From NCBI GenBank assembly GCA_964369625.1, contig CAYJFC010000002.1, forward strand, positions 5,502 to 69,501: 64,000 nucleotides of DNA. Direction: 5' to 3'. Source of the DNA: an uncultured Muribaculaceae bacterium. GTDB taxonomy: Bacteria > Bacillota_I > Bacilli_A > RF39 > UBA660. Shown piece after piece: positions 48,023 through 58,069 of the stretch (position 1 is the stretch's first letter; each line of letters starts with the position of its first letter). The position numbers and the translations under genes were made by a program. The notes beneath the pieces were generated by a model. That model saw only the letters and a list, made by a program, of their open reading frames with translations, did no database searches and had not been told where the DNA came from.

Positions 48023-48048
48023 GTGTAAATATACAATTAAACAAATGT

Positions 48049-48077
48049 TTGACTTTTTACAAATTTTATTGTAAAAT
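48049..48077 (+). promoter_or_regulatory. lexA promoter: TTGACT, 17 nt spacer, TAAAAT.
   Basis: Consensus-like hexamers with 17-nt spacing. SD AGGTGAGAG. Confidence 0.5.
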
Positions 48078-48084
48078 TAATTAG

Positions 48085-48705
48085 GTGAGAGATATGATAA
48101 CAAAAAGACAAACTGAAGTTTTAGACTTCATAAAAAAATATATTGCATCAAAAGGATTTGCTCCTTCTATTAGAGATATATGTGCAGGGTTAGGATTAAA
48201 TAGTCCTGCTACAGCATTTTCCCACGTAAAAAAATTAGAAGCAAACAATTATATTAAAACTTCTAATAATAAATCTAGAACAATTGAAATATTAGTTGAT
48301 AATGAATATATCGAAAAAGATGATAGTATTGTTAAAGTTCCCCTACTTGGAAAAATTACTGCAGGCAGTCCAATAGAAGCTATAGAAAAACCCGATGAAT
48401 TTTTTGATTTACCAGCCTCTTTGGTACCAATCAATTCAGAAGTATTCACTTTACATGTATCCGGTGAATCAATGATTAATAGAGGTATTTATGACAATGA
48501 TTTTGTTATAATAAAAAAACAAAGTATAGCTAAAAATGGCGAAATAGTTGTTGCTATGAATGATAACAATGAAGTAACACTTAAGACTTTTTATAAAGAA
48601 AGTGATCATTTTAGATTACAACCAGAAAATGATACTATGTCTCCTATTATTTTAAAAAATGTTACAATACTTGGAATAGCTGTTGGACTTTATAGAAAAA
48701 TATAA
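48085..48705 (+). CDS. lexA: LexA repressor.
   Basis: 206 aa. N-terminal wHTH. S24 peptidase motifs GESM (Ser) and cleavage-site region. Confidence 0.85.
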   Translation: MRDMITKRQTEVLDFIKKYIASKGFAPSIRDICAGLGLNSPATAFSHVKKLEANNYIKTSNNKSRTIEILVDNEYIEKDDSIVKVPLLGKITAGSPIEAIEKPDEFFDLPASLVPINSEVFTLHVSGESMINRGIYDNDFVIIKKQSIAKNGEIVVAMNDNNEVTLKTFYKESDHFRLQPENDTMSPIILKNVTILGIAVGLYRKI

Positions 48706-48733
48706 CCTAATTTAGAAACTAAATTAGGTTTTT
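48706..48733. terminator. Bidirectional intrinsic terminator between lexA and the CaCA gene.
   Basis: CCTAATTTAG-AAA-CTAAATTAGG followed by TTTTTATTTT. A-rich on the other side. Confidence 0.65.
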
Positions 48734-48736
48734 ATT

Positions 48737-49687
48737 TTAAATAATTATAATTGTATAATATAATGCGAATAAAATTAACATTGCTATACCATGATATCTT
48801 TTAATAGCGGATTTTCTTCTTGCAAATATAAATAATAATATTGCTGACAATATAAAAATCACAAAATCAATTAATGAAAAACCACTTGGAATAATACTTC
48901 CTATTAATGCTGAAGGTATACCAATAACAATACATATGTTAAATATGTTACTTCCAATAATATTTCCAACTAAAATATCTTGTTCTCTTTTTTTAGCTGC
49001 AACTATTGAAGTTATTAATTCTGGAAGTGACGTTCCAAATGCAATTATTGTTAAAGATATCATTCTTTCACTAATATTTAATACATGCGCAATATTAACC
49101 GCTTCATTTACTACTAAATCACTTGATATAATAATTAATATAATTCCTGCTACTGTCATTAAAATACTTTTTAATAAACTAGTATTATTTTCTTCTGGAA
49201 GTTCATCAACTGTTTTATTTCTCATAATACTAAATAAATAATATACAAATATTGCAAAAAATAAAAGTATAACTATTCCATCTGATCTAGATATCATGTT
49301 TTGTGTACTTCCACTTAAAGATATATCAAAAAATAAAACAGATAATAATATTGTTACCAAAATACATATAGGTATTTCTTTTCTAATTGTATTACTTTTA
49401 ATGGAAATCGGTACTATTAAACTAGATATACCTAGTATCAATAGTATATTAATTATATTACTACCTATTACGTTACCTAATACTAAGTCTCCTGAACCGT
49501 TTATAAGTGACTGCACACTTACAGCAAGCTCTGGTGCACTTGTACCGAAAGCTACTATAGTAAGACCTATAACCATTTTTGATACTTTAAAATGACTTGC
49601 CAAAGAGCTAGCTCCTGATACAAAATAATCTGCTGATTTTATCAAAATTATAAATGCAGCTATTAAAATTAAAATACTAATTATCAT
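48737..49687 (-). CDS. CaCA-family cation/Ca2+ exchanger (YrbG-like), 316 aa.
   Basis: Duplicated alpha-repeats GNVIGSNIINILLILG / GNIIGSNIFNICIVIG. Confidence 0.8.
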   Translation of the reverse strand: MIISILILIAAFIILIKSADYFVSGASSLASHFKVSKMVIGLTIVAFGTSAPELAVSVQSLINGSGDLVLGNVIGSNIINILLILGISSLIVPISIKSNTIRKEIPICILVTILLSVLFFDISLSGSTQNMISRSDGIVILLFFAIFVYYLFSIMRNKTVDELPEENNTSLLKSILMTVAGIILIIISSDLVVNEAVNIAHVLNISERMISLTIIAFGTSLPELITSIVAAKKREQDILVGNIIGSNIFNICIVIGIPSALIGSIIPSGFSLIDFVIFILSAILLFIFARRKSAIKRYHGIAMLILFALYYTIIII

Positions 49688-49694
49688 AAAACTC

Positions 49695-50843
49695 CTATCT
49701 AAATAACATAAAGGCTAAAAATGCAAAATAAAGTGCAAGAGCAATAAATCCATTTATGGATTCTTTTTTATCACTTTTTCCTCTTACTCCAAATGCAACT
49801 GCCGCTAAATAGCCACCAATTAGTCCACCAATATGAGCTGCATTATCTATACCACTAATACTAAATCCAATAAATAAATTTATTAATATTATTGGTATTA
49901 TTTGAGTTTTTAATGCATCATTTAAATATAATCTATAATGGTATCCAAAATATAATAATGCCCCTAACAAACCAAAAATAGCTCCACTTGCACCTACAGA
50001 AACATTAAGTTCAGGATTAAACAGTACACTTAACAAACTACCACTTGCACCACTTAACAAATATATACCTAAGAACTTCCATTTCCCTAAGTATGTTTCA
50101 ATTTGGTTACCAACAATATATAGTGAATACATATTAACAAGTAAATGAATAATTCCAGCATGCAAAAATATTGATGTTATAAGCCTATAAAATTCACCAT
50201 TTTTAACTAATAGACCGTTGTTAGCCCCTAAATTAAGTAAAGTCAAAATATTTGTAGGACCCTCGCCTAATATATAAGTTAAGGAAAACATTATGATACA
50301 TAGAGCAATTATTATGTTTGTTACTATGATCTTTTTAGGACTAAATACTTCTTCAAATATTTTATTTTCTTTTTCAGTTTTATCATTTATATCATTTGTA
50401 GCATTTACAAATAAATCAAAGTTTTCTACAGCTTTTATTGAGTCTTCCTTTATATCAGGAAATGCAGTTTTCAAAGTTTCATTATTAACTAAATGTTTAT
50501 TATCTAGTACTTTAATAGTATCAACATTTTTTATATTTCTAACATCAACTCTTTCTGCTAAGTCAAGACATATATTTAGTGCATTTAATTTAAAAGATAA
50601 TGTTCTTTTTTTTATTTGTTTAATTACATGTTTTACTTTAAATACATCAAATTCATACTGTTCATCATTATGAATATAATTGCTATTAATTCTAATTACT
50701 TTATATTTAGCGGATAAATTTTCAAGCCAAATTTCATTTTTGGCTCCTTGCACTACAATTGGTGAATAGTTCTCTTTAGTAACTAAATAATGAACTAATC
50801 CCATAACTATTTGATCTTTAGCATTAACTATTTTTGTTTCCAT
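49695..50843 (-). CDS. Rhomboid-family intramembrane serine protease with N-terminal cytoplasmic extension (382 aa).
   Basis: GASGAIFGLLGA (Ser) and HAGIIHLLVNM (His) motifs. Confidence 0.8.
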   Translation of the reverse strand: METKIVNAKDQIVMGLVHYLVTKENYSPIVVQGAKNEIWLENLSAKYKVIRINSNYIHNDEQYEFDVFKVKHVIKQIKKRTLSFKLNALNICLDLAERVDVRNIKNVDTIKVLDNKHLVNNETLKTAFPDIKEDSIKAVENFDLFVNATNDINDKTEKENKIFEEVFSPKKIIVTNIIIALCIIMFSLTYILGEGPTNILTLLNLGANNGLLVKNGEFYRLITSIFLHAGIIHLLVNMYSLYIVGNQIETYLGKWKFLGIYLLSGASGSLLSVLFNPELNVSVGASGAIFGLLGALLYFGYHYRLYLNDALKTQIIPIILINLFIGFSISGIDNAAHIGGLIGGYLAAVAFGVRGKSDKKESINGFIALALYFAFLAFMLFR

Positions 50844-50881
50844 AAAACCTCCGTCATATATTAATATTTATTTCATATACT

Positions 50882-51232
50882 TTGTTAAGGACGGTGCCTA
50901 TGATTATATATATGATAATTTATATATTAACATTTTTTATTTTTTCTTATTCTACACTTAACTTTATATTTATAGATAAAAAATTACGTGAATATTATTT
51001 ATTTTACTATATTTCAATTTATATTTTGCTATTAAGTATTCCATTATTTTATTTTGTCTTCCAAAACTATATAACTACACTTTTATCTATATTTTTTATT
51101 CTCATCTTTTTTACTACACTTTCATTTCGTTTATATAAAAATAATTATAGAACATTAATGTGTACATTACCATTTTTTTATTTTTTATACTGGACTTTTT
51201 GTTATATTTTAGCTAATCTTCTAATTGTTTAA
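50882..51232 (+). CDS. Possible membrane protein (116 aa). Uncertain.
   Basis: A stop-free run of more than 100 codons is unusual in 25% GC DNA. Very hydrophobic. Convergent 20-nt overlap with rluD. Confidence 0.3.
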   Translation: MLRTVPMIIYMIIYILTFFIFSYSTLNFIFIDKKLREYYLFYYISIYILLLSIPLFYFVFQNYITTLLSIFFILIFFTTLSFRLYKNNYRTLMCTLPFFYFLYWTFCYILANLLIV

Positions 51233-52103
51233 TATAATCAGCCATTTCTTTAGGCATATCACAATTAAATTGCATTAATTCATTAGTAATAGGATGTGCA
51301 AACGTTATTTTAGTAGAATGTAAAAATTGTCCAAACTTTGTTGCTTTATTTTTACTATATACTGGATCATTAAATACTGGATATCCTATATATTCTAAGT
51401 GAACTCTTATTTGATGTGTTCTACCAGTTTCTAAAGACAATCTAACTAATGTGTGTTTTTTATATCTTTTTTCTACGTGTAAATTAGTGATAGCTTTTTT
51501 TCCACCATCTTTTATTTCTTGCATTCTAAAATCTTTACTGCTTTTACCTATTGGTGCATCAATTTTAGCACTTTGGCTAGGAAAAACGCCATTTATAAGA
51601 GCTACATATTCTCTTTTAATTTTTTTGTCTTTAAAATCATTTGACAATTTAACATGTGCTTTATCTGTTTTTGCAACAAGCATTAACCCACTAGTATCCT
51701 TATCAAGTCTATGAACAATTCCCGCTCTATCTGCTCCACCTTCTGCTGATAAATTATCAGTATAAAACAAAAGACCATTTACAAGCGTATCAGTTCTATT
51801 TCCTGAACCAGGATGAACAACTAGTCCACTTTGCTTATTAATAACTAAAATATCTTCATCTTCATACACAATATCAAGAGGTATTTCATTTTTTTCTAAT
51901 TTAACTTCCTTTTTAAAATTTTCATCTATAACTATTTCATCGTCTAAATTAACTTTATATGATGATTTTTTTATTTGATCATTAACAAGCACATTACCAT
52001 TATCAAGTAATTTTTCAATTAAACTTCTTGATAAATCAGTATTACTTGCTATATATTTATCTAATCTATTTCCTTTTTCATTTACTACTATTTTCATATA
52101 CAT
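51213..52103 (-). CDS. rluD: 23S rRNA pseudouridine synthase (RluD/RluA family).
   Basis: S4 domain at N-terminus. Catalytic HRLDKDTSGLML. Confidence 0.85.
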   Translation of the reverse strand: MYMKIVVNEKGNRLDKYIASNTDLSRSLIEKLLDNGNVLVNDQIKKSSYKVNLDDEIVIDENFKKEVKLEKNEIPLDIVYEDEDILVINKQSGLVVHPGSGNRTDTLVNGLLFYTDNLSAEGGADRAGIVHRLDKDTSGLMLVAKTDKAHVKLSNDFKDKKIKREYVALINGVFPSQSAKIDAPIGKSSKDFRMQEIKDGGKKAITNLHVEKRYKKHTLVRLSLETGRTHQIRVHLEYIGYPVFNDPVYSKNKATKFGQFLHSTKITFAHPITNELMQFNCDMPKEMADYIKQLED

Positions 52104-52542
52104 CTTCCTTTTTTATTATTGCTATAACTAAAAGTATAACACCTACTACTACGGCCATGTCTGCTATATTAAATACAGGATAATGATAATTACCAAATAC
52201 TAATTTTATATAATCTATTACATGTCCATAAACTATTCTATCAATTAAATTCCCTATCAATCCCCCTATTATAAAGGAAAATGCAAGTGTATTTCTAATA
52301 GATTGTTTAAAATTTTTTATCATATATAATATGTATCCTAATATTAATATATTTATTATTATTAACATCCATCTTTGATCTGTAAAAATGCTAAAGGCTG
52401 CTCCCGTATTATATACTTTTGAAAACGAAAAAAAATTATCAATTATAATAAAAGAACTATGTAAATTATTTTCCACTAGCACTTTAACTAATTGATCAAT
52501 TATTATAATTATAAAACTAAAAATAAAAATCTTTTTTTTCAT
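52078..52542 (-). CDS. lspA: Lipoprotein signal peptidase II.
   Basis: 154 aa. Motifs NTGAAFS and FNIADMAV. Confidence 0.85.
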   Translation of the reverse strand: MKKKIFIFSFIIIIIDQLVKVLVENNLHSSFIIIDNFFSFSKVYNTGAAFSIFTDQRWMLIIINILILGYILYMIKNFKQSIRNTLAFSFIIGGLIGNLIDRIVYGHVIDYIKLVFGNYHYPVFNIADMAVVVGVILLVIAIIKKEDVYENSSK

Positions 52543-52569
52543 GTATATATTATAACATATATTTTAAAA

Positions 52570-52788
52570 TTATTTAACTAATATTACATCAGTTCCTATT
52601 TTAACTATCGAGGAAAATTCTATAATATTATCTGCACTTCTTATGAATTTTTTCATAAACTTTTTGGGTTCCGTTGATAATCTTAATATTTTACCTTCTA
52701 AGTTAATTTCAACATCAACTATGCGACCTAAATTATATCCTGTTTCCATATTTATTATATCTTTTTTTTGAAGTTCACTTAAATTCAT
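52570..52788 (-). CDS. ylmC: YlmC/YmxH-family PRC-barrel protein (72 aa).
   Basis: Size and conserved position downstream of sigG in sporeformers. Confidence 0.55.
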   Translation of the reverse strand: MNLSELQKKDIINMETGYNLGRIVDVEINLEGKILRLSTEPKKFMKKFIRSADNIIEFSSIVKIGTDVILVK

Positions 52789-52810
52789 ATAATCACCTAT
52801 TTAATTATAT

Positions 52811-53587
52811 TTAATTTATTAATTTTCTTACATTTTTTATAGCACTTTTTTCTATTCTTGATACTTGCGCTTGACTAATTTGAAGTTCTTCAGCTATTTC
52901 TGTTTGAGTTTTACCAACTATATATCTTTTAATCAAAATATCTTTTTCTCTTTGTTTAATATCATTTAAAGCTTTACGCATTGCTATTAACATATCTTTA
53001 TTACTACTTATTTCTTTTATATCTGCTATTTTATCTTGCAAATATATCGTATCTCCCCCATCATTATATATTGGTTCAAATATTGATATAGGATCTTTTA
53101 AAGAGTCTAGTGCATAACCAACTTGATATACCTCTATTCCAAGAGCTGAAGCTATTTGATCAGTTGTTGGAATATGACCATTAATATTTAAATATTCATC
53201 ATTAAATCTAAGTATTTGATATGCTAAATCTTTGATACTTCTAGAAACTCTTAATGATGTATTATCTCTAATAAAACGTTTCATCTCTCCCATTATAAGG
53301 GGCACTGCATATGTACTTAATTGTAATCCATAACTTAAATCAAAATTATCAATAGCTTTAATTAATCCAACAACACCTATTTGAAATAAATCATCTGCAT
53401 TTACAGCGGCAGTGTTAAATCGTTTAAGTATACTAAAAACTAATTTCAAATTACCTTCTATGAGTTTATCTTTTGCTAAAGCATCTCCATTATTCATATC
53501 TTCAAATAATTTAATTATTTCTTTATTTTTTAAAACTTTTAATTCATTTGTGTTTATTCCACTTATATTTACTTTATAATTTGACAT
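52811..53587 (-). CDS. sigG: Sporulation sigma factor sigma-G.
   Basis: Near-colinear with B. subtilis SigG: ELKVLKN, GNLKLV, IGVVGLIKAIDNFDLSYG, VSRSIKDLAYQ, SIFEPIYNDGGD, GKTQTEIAEELQISQAQVSRIEK. Confidence 0.85.
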   Translation of the reverse strand: MSNYKVNISGINTNELKVLKNKEIIKLFEDMNNGDALAKDKLIEGNLKLVFSILKRFNTAAVNADDLFQIGVVGLIKAIDNFDLSYGLQLSTYAVPLIMGEMKRFIRDNTSLRVSRSIKDLAYQILRFNDEYLNINGHIPTTDQIASALGIEVYQVGYALDSLKDPISIFEPIYNDGGDTIYLQDKIADIKEISSNKDMLIAMRKALNDIKQREKDILIKRYIVGKTQTEIAEELQISQAQVSRIEKSAIKNVRKLIN

Positions 53588-53630
53588 AAAAAAATCCTTT
53601 CAACAATATTGTGAAAGGATTAATTCATTT

Positions 53631-54032
53631 TTATTCACATTCGAAACCGTTTTCTTCAGCATCTTTTTTCATTGCTTCATAACCAGTATCTTCATATCCC
53701 ATTTCTTCTTTAGCTTCATCACTTAATTTAGTATAATCTATTTCAAGTTCTAAAGTAATTTCTGTTCCATCGTTTGATGCTTTACAAGTCATACCTTCTT
53801 CCTCAGAAGCTTCACACAATTCTTCTAAATCTTCTTTAGTAGGTTCTACACCATAATCCATAGTAGTAACAGTTTTAGCTGTTTTAACTTCATCATTAGA
53901 ATCAAAATCCATTGTTACTGTAATATCACCTAATAATTCTTCTTCCATACTGCATGTTAAAGATTTCCCACCACACGCTGTTATCATTAAAAGTACAAAT
54001 AATGCCATTGATATTAATTTAATGTTTTTCAT
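53631..54032 (-). CDS. Acidic lipoprotein (133 aa).
   Basis: Lipobox LLMITAC. SD GAGGTG 5 nt before ATG at 54032. Track start has no RBS. 4 Cys, highly acidic. Confidence 0.55.
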   Translation of the reverse strand: MKNIKLISMALFVLLMITACGGKSLTCSMEEELLGDITVTMDFDSNDEVKTAKTVTTMDYGVEPTKEDLEELCEASEEEGMTCKASNDGTEITLELEIDYTKLSDEAKEEMGYEDTGYEAMKKDAEENGFECE

Positions 54033-54085
54033 TTTTTCACCTCTTTTCTTTTTTATAATTAAACTACACACTTATAGTTAATTTA

Positions 54086-55399
54086 TTAATACGCTGTATG
54101 AGGAGCTTCTATTCCAGTTCCATCTGGTGCATTATAATCCGGCTCCTTAACTTCTTCCACTACAGGATTAGCATTTTCCAAACAATCATCACTTGGATAA
54201 ATCCCCACTAATGTAAATGCGAAATTTAAAATAATTGGAATAAAAAATATAATAACTGTGTATACAAGTCTTAAAGTAACCGTTTTAAAAGCTTTATTAA
54301 GAGCATCATTATCTTGCGCAGCTACTGACTTTAAAAAATCCATTATACTTAATATTACCAATGCTGTTATTGCTACATATTTCATTATATCAAGTATTAA
54401 TTGAAACCATTTTGCAGATTCTCCTAAAAGAGATGCACAATCATCAAATGCTTCACCAATTAAATCATCTATATAATAGTCTTCACCATTGACATTAGTT
54501 AAATAATCTTTCATATTGTCAGTTACAAAATTTTGAGTCAATTGATTTTTTTCTTCAGTAATAATTGTTACTAATTTTTCAGCAGTTACAGAATCAATTC
54601 CTGGGTTGTTATTCACAGCCTCTATAAGGTCATCCCAAAAAGAATGTAATGACGAAATTATAAAATTAGAAACTAGTTCTTCTACATTACCTTCCATAGA
54701 TAATTTGACTTTTAAATATTCAGTTGCATATACAGGAAAATTATTTGCATATTCTAAATACGTATCTGAATATATTTCTGAAATTATTTTTTTGGAATAA
54801 TTTTCATCTTGAAATTCATCAGAATTTTCTTTTAAGTTAGCTATAATACTTGAATCTTTTTTATACTCATCTATAATATTATTTACCTTTATTATTTGAT
54901 TATCTATTTCAGATTGATAATCATTAATTAAATTAGATGCAGTACTTTTTTCACTAAAAGAACCATATGCTTCACATTCCCCATTATTATCATAACATAT
55001 AGCATTTTGATTCATTTCTGGTTCACCATAAAAACTATGTGCATAATATCCAAAATCAGGACAATCGAATAATTCATTTTGGCCACTGATTTCAAAAAGC
55101 TCGCCAGTTCCTTCATATCTAATAGAAAAAGTTCTATCAAAAGCTATTCCTTTGCCATATGAAACTACTCTATCATCATATAATTTAACCGAAAGTTCAT
55201 AATTGTACACAACATTAGTTTGTCTAGTAATATCATAATATATATATATTTCTTGTGTTAAATTTTCTCCTGCTATAATTTGATTTTTTTCTTCAAATTC
55301 ATTTTTGTAACTACAAACCACCATTTTTTCTTCTGCACTAACATTATTTATAACTAAAAAACTCATTACTATTAAAAATATATAACTCAACTTTTTCAT
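54086..55399 (-). CDS. Secreted protein with cleavable signal peptide and two C-terminal TM helices (438 aa). Unknown family.
   Basis: MKKLSYIFLIVMSFLVINNVSA signal. C-terminal hydrophobic pair. Start at 55399 by SD GGTGAG. Confidence 0.5.
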   Translation of the reverse strand: MKKLSYIFLIVMSFLVINNVSAEEKMVVCSYKNEFEEKNQIIAGENLTQEIYIYYDITRQTNVVYNYELSVKLYDDRVVSYGKGIAFDRTFSIRYEGTGELFEISGQNELFDCPDFGYYAHSFYGEPEMNQNAICYDNNGECEAYGSFSEKSTASNLINDYQSEIDNQIIKVNNIIDEYKKDSSIIANLKENSDEFQDENYSKKIISEIYSDTYLEYANNFPVYATEYLKVKLSMEGNVEELVSNFIISSLHSFWDDLIEAVNNNPGIDSVTAEKLVTIITEEKNQLTQNFVTDNMKDYLTNVNGEDYYIDDLIGEAFDDCASLLGESAKWFQLILDIMKYVAITALVILSIMDFLKSVAAQDNDALNKAFKTVTLRLVYTVIIFFIPIILNFAFTLVGIYPSDDCLENANPVVEEVKEPDYNAPDGTGIEAPHTAY

Positions 55400-55472
55400 T
55401 GTCTCACCTACTAATAAAATTATATCACATAACAAAGAAAAAAAACTAGTTTTTTCTAGTTTTATGTTTACA

Positions 55473-56156
55473 TTAGTTATTCATAGTTTGCTTTAATTTT
55501 TTGATAACCTTTTTTTCTATCCTGGAAATATATGACTGGCTTATTCCTAGCATAATAGCTACTTCTTTTTGAGTATATTCTTTTGTATTATTAAGTCCAT
55601 ATCTTAGAGTCATAATTTCCTTATCTCTATTTTTAAGACCACTTATTTCCCTCTCAAGATCTTTTTTATCCACATTTTTTTGATACTCATCTGGAACTAA
55701 ATTAACATCAGTTCCCAAAATGTCTTCAAGTCTTAGTTCATTACCTTCTGCGTCATAATTTAATGCTTCATCTAAGCTCATTTCTATTTTTTTCTTTTTA
55801 TTTTTTCTTAAGAACATTAATATTTCATTAGATATACATCTTGAAGCATAGGTAGCAAGCCTAATATTTTTATCTATTTTATACGTATTAATTCCTTTAA
55901 TTAAACCTATGGACCCTATCGAAACTAAATCTTCTAAATCATATATGCTATTTTCAAATTTTTTTGCTAAGAATACTACTAAACGTAAATTATGCTCAAT
56001 AAGTATATTTCTTGCATCTACATCACCATTTTTAGATAATATTAAGTATTTCAGTTCATCCTCTTTTGTCAAAGGAGGTGGAAGTTTATCCGTTGCACCA
56101 ACAAAAAAAAGTTCATTATATTTAAGTTTTAAGTACATAAGTATTTTTTTAAACAT
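55473..56156 (-). CDS. sigE: Pro-sigma-E (sporulation sigma factor E precursor).
   Basis: Pro-sequence with LPPPLT. ILIEHNLRLVVFLAKKFEN ... ISIGSIGLIKG ... LATYASRCISNEILM, which is SigE/SigK-like. SD GGAGGA. Confidence 0.85.
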   Translation of the reverse strand: MFKKILMYLKLKYNELFFVGATDKLPPPLTKEDELKYLILSKNGDVDARNILIEHNLRLVVFLAKKFENSIYDLEDLVSIGSIGLIKGINTYKIDKNIRLATYASRCISNEILMFLRKNKKKKIEMSLDEALNYDAEGNELRLEDILGTDVNLVPDEYQKNVDKKDLEREISGLKNRDKEIMTLRYGLNNTKEYTQKEVAIMLGISQSYISRIEKKVIKKLKQTMNN

Positions 56157-56910
56157 TTAAATCCTCCATTAATTTATAATTTAAAATACAGTTACTTCCA
56201 TCTAGATTAATAATTTCATTACTAACTCCTAGTAGATAATTATTAAATTTTTTATTATTAATTTCTATATATTTTAAAGAGAAACATTCAATTAAACCAG
56301 TTTTATTCACCCCCTTAAATGGTACATATATAGGATTTTTATTATTATATATTTTCCTATCAACGATAATTACATATTTATTTGTTACAGGGTCTTTTAA
56401 TTTATTACCTGAATCTATAAAACCATCTAATAATAAATTTTTATTATTTTTAAATACTACTTTAACTTTATATGATAATATTTGTTTACTTTTTAGCTTT
56501 TTTGTTTGATAAACATATATTACTAAAATTAAAGGTGATAACAAAAATAATAATAAAGTATTAATCATATAGTCATTTTTAAAGTACCGTGATAAATAAT
56601 GCATAAATCCTGCTAAAATAGTACTTGTCATATATAAATACATCAAATTAGTAATAGTGTGTTTCATATTTTTGTAATTAAATGTAATAATAGTCATAAT
56701 AGTTCCAGATAATATTTTAGATATTATTAATATTATTTCACTAGTATTTAATAATATAATAAATGAAAATATAGCCCCAAATAAAGATCCAATTATAATA
56801 TTTTTTAATTTAGCAACTCTTTTTAAAGCAATTTTAATGGTAACAAGTAATAAAAAGTCATAACAAAAATTAAGTATAAATAATAAATCCAAATATATCA
56901 TTTGCCTCAC
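56149..56910 (-). CDS. spoIIGA: Sigma-E processing aspartic peptidase SpoIIGA.
   Basis: 5 N-terminal TM helices. Catalytic FIDSGNKLKDP (DSGN). Confidence 0.8.
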   Translation of the reverse strand: MRQMIYLDLLFILNFCYDFLLLVTIKIALKRVAKLKNIIIGSLFGAIFSFIILLNTSEIILIISKILSGTIMTIITFNYKNMKHTITNLMYLYMTSTILAGFMHYLSRYFKNDYMINTLLLFLLSPLILVIYVYQTKKLKSKQILSYKVKVVFKNNKNLLLDGFIDSGNKLKDPVTNKYVIIVDRKIYNNKNPIYVPFKGVNKTGLIECFSLKYIEINNKKFNNYLLGVSNEIINLDGSNCILNYKLMEDLNV

Positions 56911-57004
56911 CTATTTTATTTTATACTTATAAATAAAAATATTTTGTCACTTATAGGAAATAAAATATGTAAAATTTCATAAAAAAAGAAGATATAATAT
57001 CTTC

Positions 57005-58057
57005 TTAAAATTCACTATTTCTTAAAAATGGAGGAATATCAAAATCATCATTCGCTACTTCTCTTCTTCTTTTAGGAAGTTCATTTGAAAATAAAGCTTC
57101 TTCTCCTACTTGATCGTCAAATCCTGTGGCAATTACTGTTACAATAACTTCTTCAGAAAGATTTTCATTTTTAATGGCCCCAAATATAATATTAACATCT
57201 GAGTTAGCTGCTTCTCTAACTGTTTCTACAGCATCTTCAATTTCGAATAATGTTAAGTTTTTACCACCTGTAACATTAACTATAGCATTAGTAGCTCCGT
57301 CAATAGTTGCTTCTAAAAGCGAATTAGCAACAGCTTGTCTCGCAGCTTCAATAGCTCTATTTTCTCCAGCATTACATCCAATACCAATGATAGCTGTTCC
57401 ACTTTTTTCCATTACTGTTTTAACATCAGCAAAGTCTAAGTTTATAATACCAGTAACAGCAATTAAATCTGAAATTGATTGTACACCTCTATGAAGCACA
57501 TTATCTACTTCTTTAAATGCATCATCAAAACTAGTTGTTTTATCTATTATATCTCTTAATCTATCGTTAGGAATAATAATTAATGTATCTACATTTTTAC
57601 GTAATTCATCAAGACCTAAAAGAGCATTTTCCATTCTCTTTTTACCTTCAAATCTAAATGGTTTAGTAACGATACCTACAGTTAAAGCACCCATTTCTTG
57701 AGCAATTTCAGCTATTACTGGAGCTGCTCCTGTTCCAGTTCCGCCACCAAGTCCACAAGCAACAAATACCATATCAGCACCTTTAACAGCTTCTTCAAGT
57801 TCAGCTTTTGATTCAAGTGCAGCAGCTCTTCCTACTTCAGGATTAGCACCTGCTCCTCTTCCACCAGTAATTGATTTACCTATTTGTATTTTATTATCTG
57901 CTTGTGATGCGTTTAAAACTTGTAAATCTGTGTTTACAACATAAAACTCAACACTTTTAACTCCCTCTTCAATCATACGATTAACTGCATTACAGCCACC
58001 GCCACCTACACCAATAACTTTAATCTTGGCAATTTGGTCCATTTCTAATCCATTCAT
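57005..58057 (-). CDS. ftsZ: Cell division GTPase FtsZ.
   Basis: GGGTGTG tubulin signature. [26 protein letters not shown]. Confidence 0.95.
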   Translation of the reverse strand: MNGLEMDQIAKIKVIGVGGGGCNAVNRMIEEGVKSVEFYVVNTDLQVLNASQADNKIQIGKSITGGRGAGANPEVGRAAALESKAELEEAVKGADMVFVACGLGGGTGTGAAPVIAEIAQEMGALTVGIVTKPFRFEGKKRMENALLGLDELRKNVDTLIIIPNDRLRDIIDKTTSFDDAFKEVDNVLHRGVQSISDLIAVTGIINLDFADVKTVMEKSGTAIIGIGCNAGENRAIEAARQAVANSLLEATIDGATNAIVNVTGGKNLTLFEIEDAVETVREAANSDVNIIFGAIKNENLSEEVIVTVIATGFDDQVGEEALFSNELPKRRREVANDDFDIPPFLRNSEF

Positions 58058-58069
58058 AATGTATCCTCC

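Noticed and set aside
50882-51232. 116-aa plus-strand ORF as a confident gene
   Set aside because: No RBS, extreme Phe/Ile/Leu/Tyr composition typical of AT-rich noncoding translation, and a convergent overlap with rluD. Kept only as a low-confidence feature.
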